A stretch of 64,000 nucleotides of DNA. Origin: a virus (taxonomy: Duplodnaviria > Heunggongvirae > Uroviricota > Caudoviricetes). Position 1 is the first letter of the stretch; each line of letters opens with the position of its first letter. The stretch covers positions 30,679 through 94,678 of IMG/VR virus record IMGVR_UViG_3300044765_000092. The stretch is one strand, 5' to 3'. The notes beneath the pieces were generated by a model. It was not told the DNA's origin and made no database searches. It saw only the letters and a list, made by a program, of their open reading frames with translations. Below are positions 47,392-57,387 of this stretch, piece after piece. The position numbers were made by a program, and so were the translations under genes.

Positions 47392-50300
47392 CGAGTGTCA
47401 CCTTATCCCCAGGTTTCACACCCAGGATCGGATACTTGGTATCGAGATACTTCTTGAGTTTCTTATTCCGATACGGGGCCCAGATCTTGTCGAGTGCGCG
47501 CTTCACCTCCTTATCGTTCTTCAACTGACCGATCTCCTTTTGCTTGTCAACGACCTTGGTTATGATCTGCTCTAGCTGCGGGTGCGAGAAGTCCCACTTG
47601 AGCGCGTCAGCTTCGGTGGCACCGAACTCCATCTCGATTTCAGGCTCGATCGTGAACTCGAATCCATAGACCTTCTTATAGTGGTCTGTCACGCCATAGG
47701 TCGCGATCCACTGAAGCACGTGAACGTAGATGAGCACTATATCATACGGGACCTCGGCGTATAGCGCATCATGCACCATCTTCATAATGGCCGTTGGCAA
47801 CTCCTTGGTCTTGTTATCGATATAATGCCATTCGGTTAGCACATCATATAGTGCGAGCTCGACTAGTCGAGCGGCTGTCACCCCGATCTGGCTTGCTAGA
47901 CCCTGGATTGGACTGTTCTTGGCCTTGCGGTCCATGCTGCTGATGATGCTGCCGATACCAGTGAGCATGGCGAACAGATTACGCCGCATACCAATCGGGC
48001 TGTAGGTATAGCAGTGCTCACGAGCGTGGTTGACCGACCACTCCAGCCATTTGGAGGCTTTGGGAAACGCCTTGTACAGACGGGCCATAAGATCCTTGGC
48101 AAACTCGACAGTGTTCTTGACGTCGCGTGCCAGGGTCTGCGCGCCCTTGCCGTAAATCACACCGAAGATCACCTTCTTCACCGCGTCGCGCAGCGGATCA
48201 GACTTGTCCACCACCTTGTTGAAGAAGAACTTGACGTTGATGATGTGCACGTCACCATCGGTCTTGATCTTCTTAGCGTACTCCTCCGTTGGATTGAGCC
48301 GGAATATTTGTCTCAAGCGTTGGCCAACTCTGAACACGTTGGCGAGCTTGGTGTCGTTACCCACGTAAGACCAGACGCGTACCTCGTGCGCCGAGTAGTC
48401 GAACTTGACGTGGATTGTGCCGCGTGGGCTAACGAACATCCGCTTGATGTACTTGGCCTCGTCTCCGTGAGCCGGCACCTGATGCAGCGACGGATTGCTA
48501 GAATTCAAGCGACCGGTTACGACGTCAAAGAATCCATAGTCAGGTCGCAGCCGAAAGTCCTCGCGACTATCCGGATTCTTGACCATCTTGGCATACCAGC
48601 CCTTGACATAGGTTCCCCAGAGCTTCTGCAGCTTAGAGTACCGTGTGAACAGGGCTACCACTGGATTCTCTTTGTACGCAGCGAGGAAGTGCTTGTCCAA
48701 CATAGGACGCTGCGTCTTCTTGCTGTGCATCAACGGTTTGAGCTGTAGGACGCCCAGGAACAGAATGGCCTTGTGTTCCCACTTGCCGAGGTTCAGGACT
48801 GTCGGCACCTTGCTGAACAGACCTTTCTTCATAGTCTGATTCGCAGACTGCTTGAGCACTGTCCTGTTTGCACGCTGAGCTTCAGGCGTAGCCAAGATCT
48901 GCTTCTTGGTCTCATCCATCAGCTTTAGAAGTGGGCTCTTTTCACCCTTTAGGTACTTGAGGTACTCAATGTCGATGTGCATGCCACGCTGGCGCGTGTG
49001 CGACAAGACGTGACACGTATCAGAGAACTGCGTGAGAACCAATCGCTTGAAGTACGGAGCATAGGGCTTGCCACCAATTTCCAGGTCACCAGCCTGCTTG
49101 ATCTGCATCAAGTGGATGCCGACAATCGACTGCACGTCCATTGCACCGTAGGCCAAGAAATCCTTGTTGTCGATCTTTGTGAGCGCCGCGTTAGCTCGAT
49201 CGTCCTTGCCAAACACTGCCCGCATGTAATGGTCATTGCCATAGCTCAGGAAGATTTGGTTCAAACCCCCGTGCGGCGTGTTGTACGGAGCACTGGACAG
49301 GAATCTCATGTTCTCATCCAGGCAGTATAGCCCCGCCATGATCTCCCACACAGGCAAGAAGATCAATGCCAGACCGAATTCTTTACGCAGGATCCGCAGG
49401 TCGAACAGCGAATACTGGATGATCAGGTATTTGACCTTTGTGTCGCCCAGTCGCTGGCCGAAGAACTTGCGCATTCTCTTACGCATGTGCTTAAGGTCTT
49501 CCTGTGTCCACACAGGATACGGTGGATCACCCTTACCCGTCCACGGTTCTGCTCCTGTTGCCTGAGGATGTCTGTATGGCAGAACATAACCGACCTTGGT
49601 ACTGGTCGCAAACTGAATGGTGTGGATTGCGTTGTGGTTGACCGAGGTATTGCGGGTCTCTGTGTCGACCGCAACGTACTCACTGGACTCCAGGTGGTCC
49701 ATCATCTTGTCGAACATCGCGATCGACGTGATGAGCTTAGGATTAGCCTTGATGTACGACAGATCGTACAACTGCTTCTGCGCCAACGCATTGGCCAGAT
49801 TACGAACTACATAGAAGAGGAGGTTGGCCTTGCTAAAGACGTCCGAGTTATCATCGTCGTCATCATCAGCTTTCTTGGCCAGTTCTGCCTTGCGCGCCGA
49901 GTACATCGGGAAGATGTCGAGCGTGCTAACGACATTGCGCGTGTGCCCACCGAGCTTTGCTTGGTGTACCCATCCACGCTTCATTGGCACGTCCGAGACC
50001 TCGGGCAGGAGAGTAGACGCGGCGTAATCGCCAAAGACGATCACGTCGGTAGGATTGAACTGACGAGCTATCACATGGATGCGCTTTGCAAAGCGCTTGC
50101 GATAACCCGGCCACGTCTCCATGGGTTGATCCATGAATTTGTGGTTGTTGAAGTTCACAGCCATGAATGCCACTCCCTTTGGACTGTATCCAAACTTGGC
50201 GGCGGCCCATTCCTGGGCCTTGTTCATGACGTTCACAAAAACAGTGCGAGACCGATTGAACAGAAGAGCTTGTTCGGCAAGATCCTCTGAGTCAATGGTC

Positions 50301-50419
50301 TCGACAATCAGCATGATACGGCGCTTGGCCTTATCCCAATTGCTGCTGATAGGCAATGCCAGATTGTAGTCGCCCTCAATGCGCTTGACTTGAGGACGGA
50401 TTCGTTTATCCAACTGCAC
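47378..50419 (-). CDS. polA: family A DNA polymerase with 3'-5' exonuclease and N-terminal UDG-like domain
   Basis: Exo I DTET, FDLR, YGAMD; TGRLNSSNPSLHQVP; motif A DYSAHEVR; motif B RDAVKKVIFGVIYG; NSPIQG; motif C VHDA. Confidence 0.92.
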   Translation of the reverse strand: MQLDKRIRPQVKRIEGDYNLALPISSNWDKAKRRIMLIVETIDSEDLAEQALLFNRSRTVFVNVMNKAQEWAAAKFGYSPKGVAFMAVNFNNHKFMDQPMETWPGYRKRFAKRIHVIARQFNPTDVIVFGDYAASTLLPEVSDVPMKRGWVHQAKLGGHTRNVVSTLDIFPMYSARKAELAKKADDDDDDNSDVFSKANLLFYVVRNLANALAQKQLYDLSYIKANPKLITSIAMFDKMMDHLESSEYVAVDTETRNTSVNHNAIHTIQFATSTKVGYVLPYRHPQATGAEPWTGKGDPPYPVWTQEDLKHMRKRMRKFFGQRLGDTKVKYLIIQYSLFDLRILRKEFGLALIFLPVWEIMAGLYCLDENMRFLSSAPYNTPHGGLNQIFLSYGNDHYMRAVFGKDDRANAALTKIDNKDFLAYGAMDVQSIVGIHLMQIKQAGDLEIGGKPYAPYFKRLVLTQFSDTCHVLSHTRQRGMHIDIEYLKYLKGEKSPLLKLMDETKKQILATPEAQRANRTVLKQSANQTMKKGLFSKVPTVLNLGKWEHKAILFLGVLQLKPLMHSKKTQRPMLDKHFLAAYKENPVVALFTRYSKLQKLWGTYVKGWYAKMVKNPDSREDFRLRPDYGFFDVVTGRLNSSNPSLHQVPAHGDEAKYIKRMFVSPRGTIHVKFDYSAHEVRVWSYVGNDTKLANVFRVGQRLRQIFRLNPTEEYAKKIKTDGDVHIINVKFFFNKVVDKSDPLRDAVKKVIFGVIYGKGAQTLARDVKNTVEFAKDLMARLYKAFPKASKWLEWSVNHAREHCYTYSPIGMRRNLFAMLTGIGSIISSMDRKAKNSPIQGLASQIGVTAARLVELALYDVLTEWHYIDNKTKELPTAIMKMVHDALYAEVPYDIVLIYVHVLQWIATYGVTDHYKKVYGFEFTIEPEIEMEFGATEADALKWDFSHPQLEQIITKVVDKQKEIGQLKNDKEVKRALDKIWAPYRNKKLKKYLDTKYPILGVKPGDKVTLDGLQ

Positions 50420-50456
50420 GAGCGGCTACCCCGTAATTCTTTGAGCTCATGTTTGG

Positions 50457-50464
50457 CATTTACA
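50457..50464 (-). promoter_or_regulatory. TGTAAATG motif upstream of DNA polymerase
   Basis: About 37 nt before start. Confidence 0.6.
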
Positions 50465-50798
50465 AGGCAGGTGGCACCCACAAGCACCCTGCGTTTCGTT
50501 TCACAGCTATCGCACGGTCGTCGACGAAGAACTTGAATTTTCTGTGCTTGATGTTGGTGACTTCTAGTGCAGTACCCAGATGTTTGATACACCACGCTTG
50601 GATGGCCAACACCGCTTCCGGGTACGCGGCTCGTGTGGTGAAGATCGCAACACCGAATCCACGGGACAACCATGTGAGAACTGCGTCACGCATTGCTGGG
50701 ATAGGATCACCCAGAACTGTAGGACCCTTCCACCCATCGTAGTAGGCGAGGGTCCCATCAAAGTCTACAGCGATCCAGACGTCGTTATTGTTGGTCAT
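50460..50798 (-). CDS. HAD-superfamily phosphatase
   Basis: VDFDGTL, FTTR, K...FVDDRA. Confidence 0.8.
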   Translation of the reverse strand: MTNNNDVWIAVDFDGTLAYYDGWKGPTVLGDPIPAMRDAVLTWLSRGFGVAIFTTRAAYPEAVLAIQAWCIKHLGTALEVTNIKHRKFKFFVDDRAIAVKRNAGCLWVPPAL

Positions 50799-50803
50799 CG
50801 CAG

Positions 50804-51274
50804 TTAGTTGGACAGGACCACAGCGCTACCAGGAGTGTTGGCTGCAAACACGATGCGCATCAACGAGTAGACTGCCTGACCAGTGCTGACAACATCTCCC
50901 GCGGCTACCGCAGTACCAATCTGTTTCCATCGAGTAGACATGTACGTGACTTGGGCCGCAGTAGGACCGTTGTTCGCCCATTCCCGTGGACCATTCGATA
51001 CGTAGATGTCGAGTGTTGTAGTTCCCATATTCTGAACGGTGAGGCCCAGATTGGTGCCTTCTTGCAGCAGGTTCGAGATGTCGATCCAGCACTCGTTAGC
51101 TGGAACTGTGGTTGGCAACCCCTGCTGTCCGGCTGTGCCATCATAGATGGCTTCGAAGTAATGGGCCGAACTTGTGATCCGACCCTTCATGCGGAATCCA
51201 CCTTTCGGTGTCCGGTCGGCACTATCACCGACCGGAACGAGGTGGGCCGCGTCAGTGAAAACGCGAACACCCAT
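50804..51274 (-). CDS. hypothetical beta-rich protein, probable virion component
   Basis: AAAGG RBS; composition. Confidence 0.6.
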   Translation of the reverse strand: MGVRVFTDAAHLVPVGDSADRTPKGGFRMKGRITSSAHYFEAIYDGTAGQQGLPTTVPANECWIDISNLLQEGTNLGLTVQNMGTTTLDIYVSNGPREWANNGPTAAQVTYMSTRWKQIGTAVAAGDVVSTGQAVYSLMRIVFAANTPGSAVVLSN

Positions 51275-51276
51275 GA

Positions 51277-51882
51277 TTAACCTTTGGTGGCAGTAGTATC
51301 AGGCGCAGCAGCAGCGGCGGGCGTCTGAGCCGGAGCCGGAGCCGCCGCTTGAGCAGCATCCGCCGTCGCAGCTGGTGCAGGGGCAGGAGCAGCCGGAGCT
51401 GGTGCCTGAACTGCAGGAGCAGGAGCAGGGACTGGGGCAGGCGGTGTGACCGTCACTTCCTTCACTGGTGCTGGAGCCGGAGCCGGTGCTGCTTGCTGCG
51501 GCGGCTGTACCGTCGGAGCAGTTTGGCCGCTCGGAATCTTGGCCAAAGCCGCAGCCTTGAGTGCCGCAGCTTCGGCACTGGCCTTGGCAGCGAGCGCCTT
51601 GGCCTCGGCTTCCGCTTCGAGAGCCAATTGAGCAGCAGTCTTCTCGCCCTTTTGCACAAGAGACCATGCTTCGTCCTTAAGAATTGCAGAATGAACTTGC
51701 TCGAGCGAGGTTGGAACTTCAGCGTTGACAACGCCATGCACTTCGTACATATAGTCCCGATATGCAGCATGCACTGCACGCGACCAGACACCTTCGCCAG
51801 CCTGTTCCACACGGTGGACCAGATTCTTGGCCTTGAGAAAGGCGGCGAGCGCCGAGTGAATTACGTCTTGAGTCATACTCAT
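51277..51882 (-). CDS. Ala/Pro-rich hypothetical protein
   Basis: AGGA RBS; APAPAP low-complexity tail. Confidence 0.65.
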   Translation of the reverse strand: MSMTQDVIHSALAAFLKAKNLVHRVEQAGEGVWSRAVHAAYRDYMYEVHGVVNAEVPTSLEQVHSAILKDEAWSLVQKGEKTAAQLALEAEAEAKALAAKASAEAAALKAAALAKIPSGQTAPTVQPPQQAAPAPAPAPVKEVTVTPPAPVPAPAPAVQAPAPAAPAPAPAATADAAQAAAPAPAQTPAAAAAPDTTATKG

Positions 51883-51898
51883 TTGGGTTCCTATCAAA

Positions 51899-54800
51899 TC
51901 AATGGTTGTTGTTCATGCGGAGAGACTTGTACTGTTTCTCCAGCTCCTTGATGTTGGACAACGTGATACCGCCATCGCGCATCGTCTTGAGCAATTGAAC
52001 TGCTTCAGCCTTAGTGCTGAAGAAGCGAACTACTTCGTCCTGCCCACCGCCATCGTGCCATTGCACCTTGAACGATTGAACACGGGCTGCCTTTTGGTTT
52101 GCCGATTGCCCCTTGGTTGGCAGAATGATGTAGAACACACCGTTCTCCATCAGTGGGTACACTTTGATCTTATGCGGATCGGCCGATGGTTTGATCTGTT
52201 CGCGGTAGAACAGGTTCATCTGCATCTTGGTCGCAAACCCGAATTCACGCATCTGGTTCTTCTTAGCCTTGATCGCAGTGTAGATGAACTTGAACATCTC
52301 GTTCGTCTTGCTATCGATCTCGAACCCCTTCTTTTTCCAGGTGCGGAACAGCTCGATCAGTGCAATCGGGCCTGGGATCTTGGTGTATCGGTACTCAGGG
52401 CTGGTACGGAAGCCAAAGTTTTGCAGTGCGGCCAGCACATCGTCACGACCATCAGCACGATAACGCAGGGCCAGCATGTCGTTGATGATCGCAAAGTCAA
52501 ATTCAGCCGTTAACGTGTTTTCTTCCAGCACCTCAGGCTGTTCTTTGGCTGCTTTACCCTTAGCCTGCCGCTTCTTGTCCTGAGCTCCAGATTCGACCGG
52601 CACATCCAACGGCTTGTCGATCGGAATATCACCAACCATCTTCAGCAGTTGATTCCGCATGTCCTTGCTGCTGGTGGTGCTGCGTGTAATCACATAGGCT
52701 TGTAGCTTACGCACTAGCACACGCTGACCATCACCGAGCAGAACACGAATACGCTTTGGCCCCATCACCTGAATGATTGTGCCATCGCCAAACTCAGTGT
52801 GAACAGCACGGTTGACCATCAAGGCGCGCTCGCGTTCGAGCTTGACCTTGAGTTCCTTCTGCTTATCGGTCAACGTATCATCGTCATCCGTATCGTCATC
52901 GTTATCAGCGTCGTCATCGTCAGACTCAAGCGCAGCCAAGTCCTGATGAATGTATTCGTCGTAACGGATGAGGCCCAATTGCGACGCGCCATACAGATCC
53001 ATTTCTGGAACGTAGGGTACACGACTCATCAACTTCGAACCTTGGAGCATCCCACCCTGCGGCACGGCCACAGGCTGGAGCTTATCTCCGTGTTCTTCAC
53101 GGTATGCAGCATAGTCGGCGTGCAGTACCTCGTGGTACTCGCGATAACCCTGCAGATAGGGCATCAGCTCGTCGTTGAAGTCGTTGTTTGCCTGGATGCT
53201 TTCCAGACTCATGCCCACTTGTGGCAGATCCGGGAGTGTTTGGTACTGTGGATTGTCGTGCTCGTCGAACTTAGCCTTGCTGATCAGCTTGCTGACCAAT
53301 CGGGCAGCCTTGGTGATGTCGACACTCCGATTCACCAGAATCCAGTCCAAGTACACGTTGGTCCGTGTTTCCTTGCTCTTTAGCTGGGGGCGGTAGATTC
53401 GGCTGTTACCTTGTTCCAACACGCCTGGGGTCCACACCGTTTCCATACGGATAAGACGACTCACGTGCTGGAAGTTCAGGCCTGTATCCATCGATGAACT
53501 AACGCCCACCATGATTCGCTTGGTGTCGTCAGTCTCAAACTGAACACGCGCTTCGATCTTCTCGTCGGCCGTGTAGTGAACCATCAACGGTTTGAGATCG
53601 GGTGGCGCCAGATTGTAGACCGCCTCAGCGCTAGGAATGTACTGCGTGAAGATCAGAATCTTGCCCGGCAGATTTTGCTTCAGGTGTTCGCGGCAGAGCT
53701 CAAATACCTTGGCAACCTTTGGTGACACTGCATCTTCAGTGTTCTTCAGGAACTTGGACGCATACGGGTCTTCAGCCGGCGCCGACAAGAACCGCTCCAT
53801 GCGGATCATGTAAGGCTTGAGCAACTGCTCAAGCTGTTCGGCTGTAGCTTCGTCGTCACTATCCTCCATCGCCTGTTTGAGCTCTGGCTTCTTGGCCAAC
53901 GCCGCCTTGATCAGCTCAGTAGTCTCTTCCAGGATGGTCTGGTACAGGATCTGTTGGTTCTCAGTCAGGTCAACCGCATAGAACTTCTCGATCGGGTCTG
54001 GCAGTAGCGCAGCCCATTCCTTGCGTTTCGCAACTGCAAACACGCAATGCTCTTTCAAGCGTTGCATGACCATGCGTTCGGTTCCTGGCTTCCAGGCGAT
54101 GACCTTAGACCCGCGCATCTCGTCTGCATATTCACGCTTGAAGTTCTCGACAGTACCAAACACCGTCGGGTCAAGCAGTGCTACCTGGGACACGATGTCA
54201 ACGATGGTATCGGCAATCAGAGTACCTGAGCCAACCCGCTTCATCGGAATGTCCTGCATGAACCGTGCAGCGGCGTTACGACGTGCCGACTTGAGGTTCT
54301 TGAGGTAGTGAACTTCGTCCACGGCCACCAGATCGAACATGAACTGGCGCATGAACTCGGCGTTCTTGTAGACGATTACCGACTTGTTGCCGTAGGCCAC
54401 AGGCTTGCCCCGCGCCTTGATGAAGTTAAAGTCGGATACCACCACCGTGTTGGGTGGCGCCATCTCGATCATCTTGGCGATCTTTTCTTCGCCATGCATC
54501 TTCATCGTCACGTTCGTGATCGGCAGAACGTTGAGTCGGCCTTCGGTCACAAACACCACTTCCTTGACATACTGATGCACCAGATGGCTAGGGCACAGAA
54601 CGATCGGACGTTTGCAATTGCCGTTCTTGAGTTCACGCAGAATGTTCGTCAAGAAGATGATGGTCTTACCACCGCCAGCCTGAACTGCGTACATTGCAAA
54701 CTTAGGACCACGACCCATCTTCTTGTCGACACGCGCTTGGTGTGGCAAGAACGACAGATCCTTCTTGATCAGCGGAATCGGCTTGATCGGTTCATCCTGG

Positions 54801-56479
54801 TCGATCTCGTCCTGCTTGAGGTAAGCACTGCGCTCAGTCTCGTCCTGGATCTTCAGAACGTGGTAGCTAGGACCATGATCGAGGAACACCTTTAGCGAGG
54901 CCATGCGCGCCAGTGTGTTAACCACACTGTAACTCTTGTAGATCGCTTCGATATTCGTGTTGTAGACTTCAAGCGCACGTTGGACCATGCGGCCAATGAA
55001 TCTAAAGGCCGGGAGACCGGTCCTCGGATGCATCTGCCACAGACGAGGACCAAAGTACCCGTTGTACTCGAACAAGTCTTCACGCTGACCTTTGAAACCA
55101 TGAAACGCGGTCAGTGCAAACTTCATGATCTCGTCGGGTGACACAATCTTGGTCGTCCCGTTCAAGAATTTGTGCTGCTGGTCGGTCAGCACACTGTTGC
55201 CACCGATCGTGCCGTCTGACGTTTCGAACAATTCTTCGGCCGTCGGGCGTTCGTTCAGCACTTCCGGATTTGCGGCTGCCGCTGCCGCGATTGCAGCCAA
55301 GAGGGTCGAGAACTCAGGGCTCTGTACCGCCGTATTAGCTGCGGCGATAGCCGTTCCTTCGAGGAAGGAACGAATGTGGAACGCACGAACTGGAGTAGTA
55401 TCCCCAAGGTCGTAGATTGACAGGTTGCCCACGCTATTGCTGTAGACGAACTTGTCGTTCAGCCAGTCTGTGAAGATAGGCAGATTGGACGGCAGCTTCT
55501 TCTGCAGCGGTATGGTCTTGATGTCGATACCCCCATCAGCCGACGCTTGTGGCAATGGTGCCTGGAACGTGTACGAGCCGTCGTCCTGCAGACCGTAGTC
55601 CATCAGTTGCTGTTCGTACATCTGCGACTGATCAACTTCCGGTAGGAGCAGGAAGTTCTTGTCGATGTCGATGATCATACCATCGATGCCAGTTCGAGGC
55701 ACGATCGGCTTCGCCTGCAGAGTGGCCTTGACTTCACCGGCAATACGCGCGATCGGTGCAATGGTCTCCGGCACATTACCGAACTCACCAAACATCGTGC
55801 CGATCCACTGGAGCAGTGTCGGGTAGAAGTTGCCCAGCTTGATTTCGGCAAACGGCGTGTTGTTCAGGTACTCGGCTTCTTTCTGGCTGATGACAAACGT
55901 TGCCCAGATCTGGACGTAGTCGTCGCCCTTGACTTCGAGTCGCAGCTCCTTGATCGCATTGCTGATCACCGTGCCGGTACGCATTGGCACTGGAATACGG
56001 GTGGCGATTGCCTTGCCTGTTTGTGGACCAGTGGCGAACAGAGACTGTTCAACCGTCTTGACCTGCTCGACCAAGGCGTTGAACATACCCGGATTTGTTG
56101 GGTCGTTCGGGAACATGCCCTTGAGCACATTGTACAAGAAGCCCGAGATCGCTAGCGGTGAACCGCTGAGACCCTGCATCGAATAGATCGGGGCATCGAA
56201 CTCAAATCGCTTGCCAAGCATATCCTTACGCAGGACACACGAACGAAGGAACACACCAAGGCGGTCCTTCTGATTCCTCATAAAGGCGGCAGCTTCTTTC
56301 TTGTCGATGTCTTTGCCGATGTTGGCCCACGGATAAATGGAGCCAGCGATCAAGCGCGTGTAGAACTCAGGCATCGGCATACCGACCCGCCCGTTGTAGA
56401 GAGCGACGAATCCTTCTTGTGCCTTTGCCTTCTCGAGCTTGAACTGAGTGTTCGGTTTGAGATTGGAAAGAGGACGCAC
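51899..56479 (-). CDS. large SNF2-family helicase
   Basis: PHQ, QAGGGKT, LCPSHL, DEVH.LKN, GSGT, KILIF, TGLNFQ, WTPG..EQ..SRIYR. Confidence 0.85.
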   Translation of the reverse strand: MRPLSNLKPNTQFKLEKAKAQEGFVALYNGRVGMPMPEFYTRLIAGSIYPWANIGKDIDKKEAAAFMRNQKDRLGVFLRSCVLRKDMLGKRFEFDAPIYSMQGLSGSPLAISGFLYNVLKGMFPNDPTNPGMFNALVEQVKTVEQSLFATGPQTGKAIATRIPVPMRTGTVISNAIKELRLEVKGDDYVQIWATFVISQKEAEYLNNTPFAEIKLGNFYPTLLQWIGTMFGEFGNVPETIAPIARIAGEVKATLQAKPIVPRTGIDGMIIDIDKNFLLLPEVDQSQMYEQQLMDYGLQDDGSYTFQAPLPQASADGGIDIKTIPLQKKLPSNLPIFTDWLNDKFVYSNSVGNLSIYDLGDTTPVRAFHIRSFLEGTAIAAANTAVQSPEFSTLLAAIAAAAAANPEVLNERPTAEELFETSDGTIGGNSVLTDQQHKFLNGTTKIVSPDEIMKFALTAFHGFKGQREDLFEYNGYFGPRLWQMHPRTGLPAFRFIGRMVQRALEVYNTNIEAIYKSYSVVNTLARMASLKVFLDHGPSYHVLKIQDETERSAYLKQDEIDQDEPIKPIPLIKKDLSFLPHQARVDKKMGRGPKFAMYAVQAGGGKTIIFLTNILRELKNGNCKRPIVLCPSHLVHQYVKEVVFVTEGRLNVLPITNVTMKMHGEEKIAKMIEMAPPNTVVVSDFNFIKARGKPVAYGNKSVIVYKNAEFMRQFMFDLVAVDEVHYLKNLKSARRNAAARFMQDIPMKRVGSGTLIADTIVDIVSQVALLDPTVFGTVENFKREYADEMRGSKVIAWKPGTERMVMQRLKEHCVFAVAKRKEWAALLPDPIEKFYAVDLTENQQILYQTILEETTELIKAALAKKPELKQAMEDSDDEATAEQLEQLLKPYMIRMERFLSAPAEDPYASKFLKNTEDAVSPKVAKVFELCREHLKQNLPGKILIFTQYIPSAEAVYNLAPPDLKPLMVHYTADEKIEARVQFETDDTKRIMVGVSSSMDTGLNFQHVSRLIRMETVWTPGVLEQGNSRIYRPQLKSKETRTNVYLDWILVNRSVDITKAARLVSKLISKAKFDEHDNPQYQTLPDLPQVGMSLESIQANNDFNDELMPYLQGYREYHEVLHADYAAYREEHGDKLQPVAVPQGGMLQGSKLMSRVPYVPEMDLYGASQLGLIRYDEYIHQDLAALESDDDDADNDDDTDDDDTLTDKQKELKVKLERERALMVNRAVHTEFGDGTIIQVMGPKRIRVLLGDGQRVLVRKLQAYVITRSTTSSKDMRNQLLKMVGDIPIDKPLDVPVESGAQDKKRQAKGKAAKEQPEVLEENTLTAEFDFAIINDMLALRYRADGRDDVLAALQNFGFRTSPEYRYTKIPGPIALIELFRTWKKKGFEIDSKTNEMFKFIYTAIKAKKNQMREFGFATKMQMNLFYREQIKPSADPHKIKVYPLMENGVFYIILPTKGQSANQKAARVQSFKVQWHDGGGQDEVVRFFSTKAEAVQLLKTMRDGGITLSNIKELEKQYKSLRMNNNH

Positions 56480-56506
56480 GTCCTTACTCCTAGGGTTTAA
56501 CTAGCT

Positions 56507-56514
56507 CATTTACA
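56507..56514 (-). promoter_or_regulatory. TGTAAATG motif upstream of SNF2 helicase
   Basis: Intergenic, followed by GGAG/AAGGA RBS. Confidence 0.6.
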
Positions 56515-56577
56515 TTTCCGATGCAGTTCAACATCAGAACAGACGGTTCGTCACGTCGCGGAGACGTGCAGCACGGA

Positions 56578-57387
56578 TCATATTCTTCCTTGTAGCTTGG
56601 CAATCCGTTTCTTGTTGGCTTTTGATTTTGCCATACCCTCACGAATTCTCTGTCGATGCTCGTCACTAAGTGTTCTCCCAGAAAGTGCTTTAGAGATCGC
56701 TTCACGGTGTGAGTCCGAAGCTTTTCTACCCTTCAGTGCCGCAGCAATTCGCTTGCCTGTTTCTGGTGGCCGCTTCATTCCACGGTGTTTCGCAGCGCGC
56801 TTAGCTTTTGTTTCTTCGGATTGCTTGTGCCCCATATGCGATAGAGAAAGCAACACCCTAGTATCGATTGAGGCTTTTCTGCCTTTCATCCGCTCCGATA
56901 TAGCTTCACACTGTTCTGGTGTGCGTTTCTTACCACGCAGTTTAGCTACACGTTTAGCTACAACCCCAGGATCTTGTTTCTTGCCTATCTTCTGCTGTCG
57001 AAGGCGCTCTACAACTTCACGATCAAACTTGTAGCCACTAACGCCGTCTCCACCATCTGTCAAATTTGCTAGAGGTCCTTTGTCGAGGTTTCGCCGTCCT
57101 ATCTTAGCAATCCATTTGCGTTCTAATTCGAAGGCGTCAGCTTCAGTCAAGTTAGTGCGAACGAAGCGACCACGTACCTTCAAGCCAAGAGCGTGTATCT
57201 TGGCGATGATACGGGCCTTAATGGTGTTACCATCGCTATATTTTGTGGTGAATCTACGAGCACCTCGACCTTTACCTATATAGAATGGTTCGAAGTCAAA
57301 GACCTCCGAACCATACTTATAAGTACCAGGTTTTCTAGTGTCCATCAGAACGTATACGTAGAATTCAGAAGAGTCGATTGGAGACAT
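56578..57387 (-). CDS. free-standing GIY-YIG homing endonuclease with NUMOD3 repeats
   Basis: FYVYVL...FYIGKG...R, E..WI, NLTDGGDG; repeats such as QSEETKAK, SDSHREAIS; lower GC. Confidence 0.85.
   Translation of the reverse strand: MSPIDSSEFYVYVLMDTRKPGTYKYGSEVFDFEPFYIGKGRGARRFTTKYSDGNTIKARIIAKIHALGLKVRGRFVRTNLTEADAFELERKWIAKIGRRNLDKGPLANLTDGGDGVSGYKFDREVVERLRQQKIGKKQDPGVVAKRVAKLRGKKRTPEQCEAISERMKGRKASIDTRVLLSLSHMGHKQSEETKAKRAAKHRGMKRPPETGKRIAAALKGRKASDSHREAISKALSGRTLSDEHRQRIREGMAKSKANKKRIAKLQGRI

Noticed and set aside
56515-56577. Hammerhead or HDV-like ribozyme
   Set aside because: CTGATG...GAAA is present, but the CUGANGA core and required stems do not fit.
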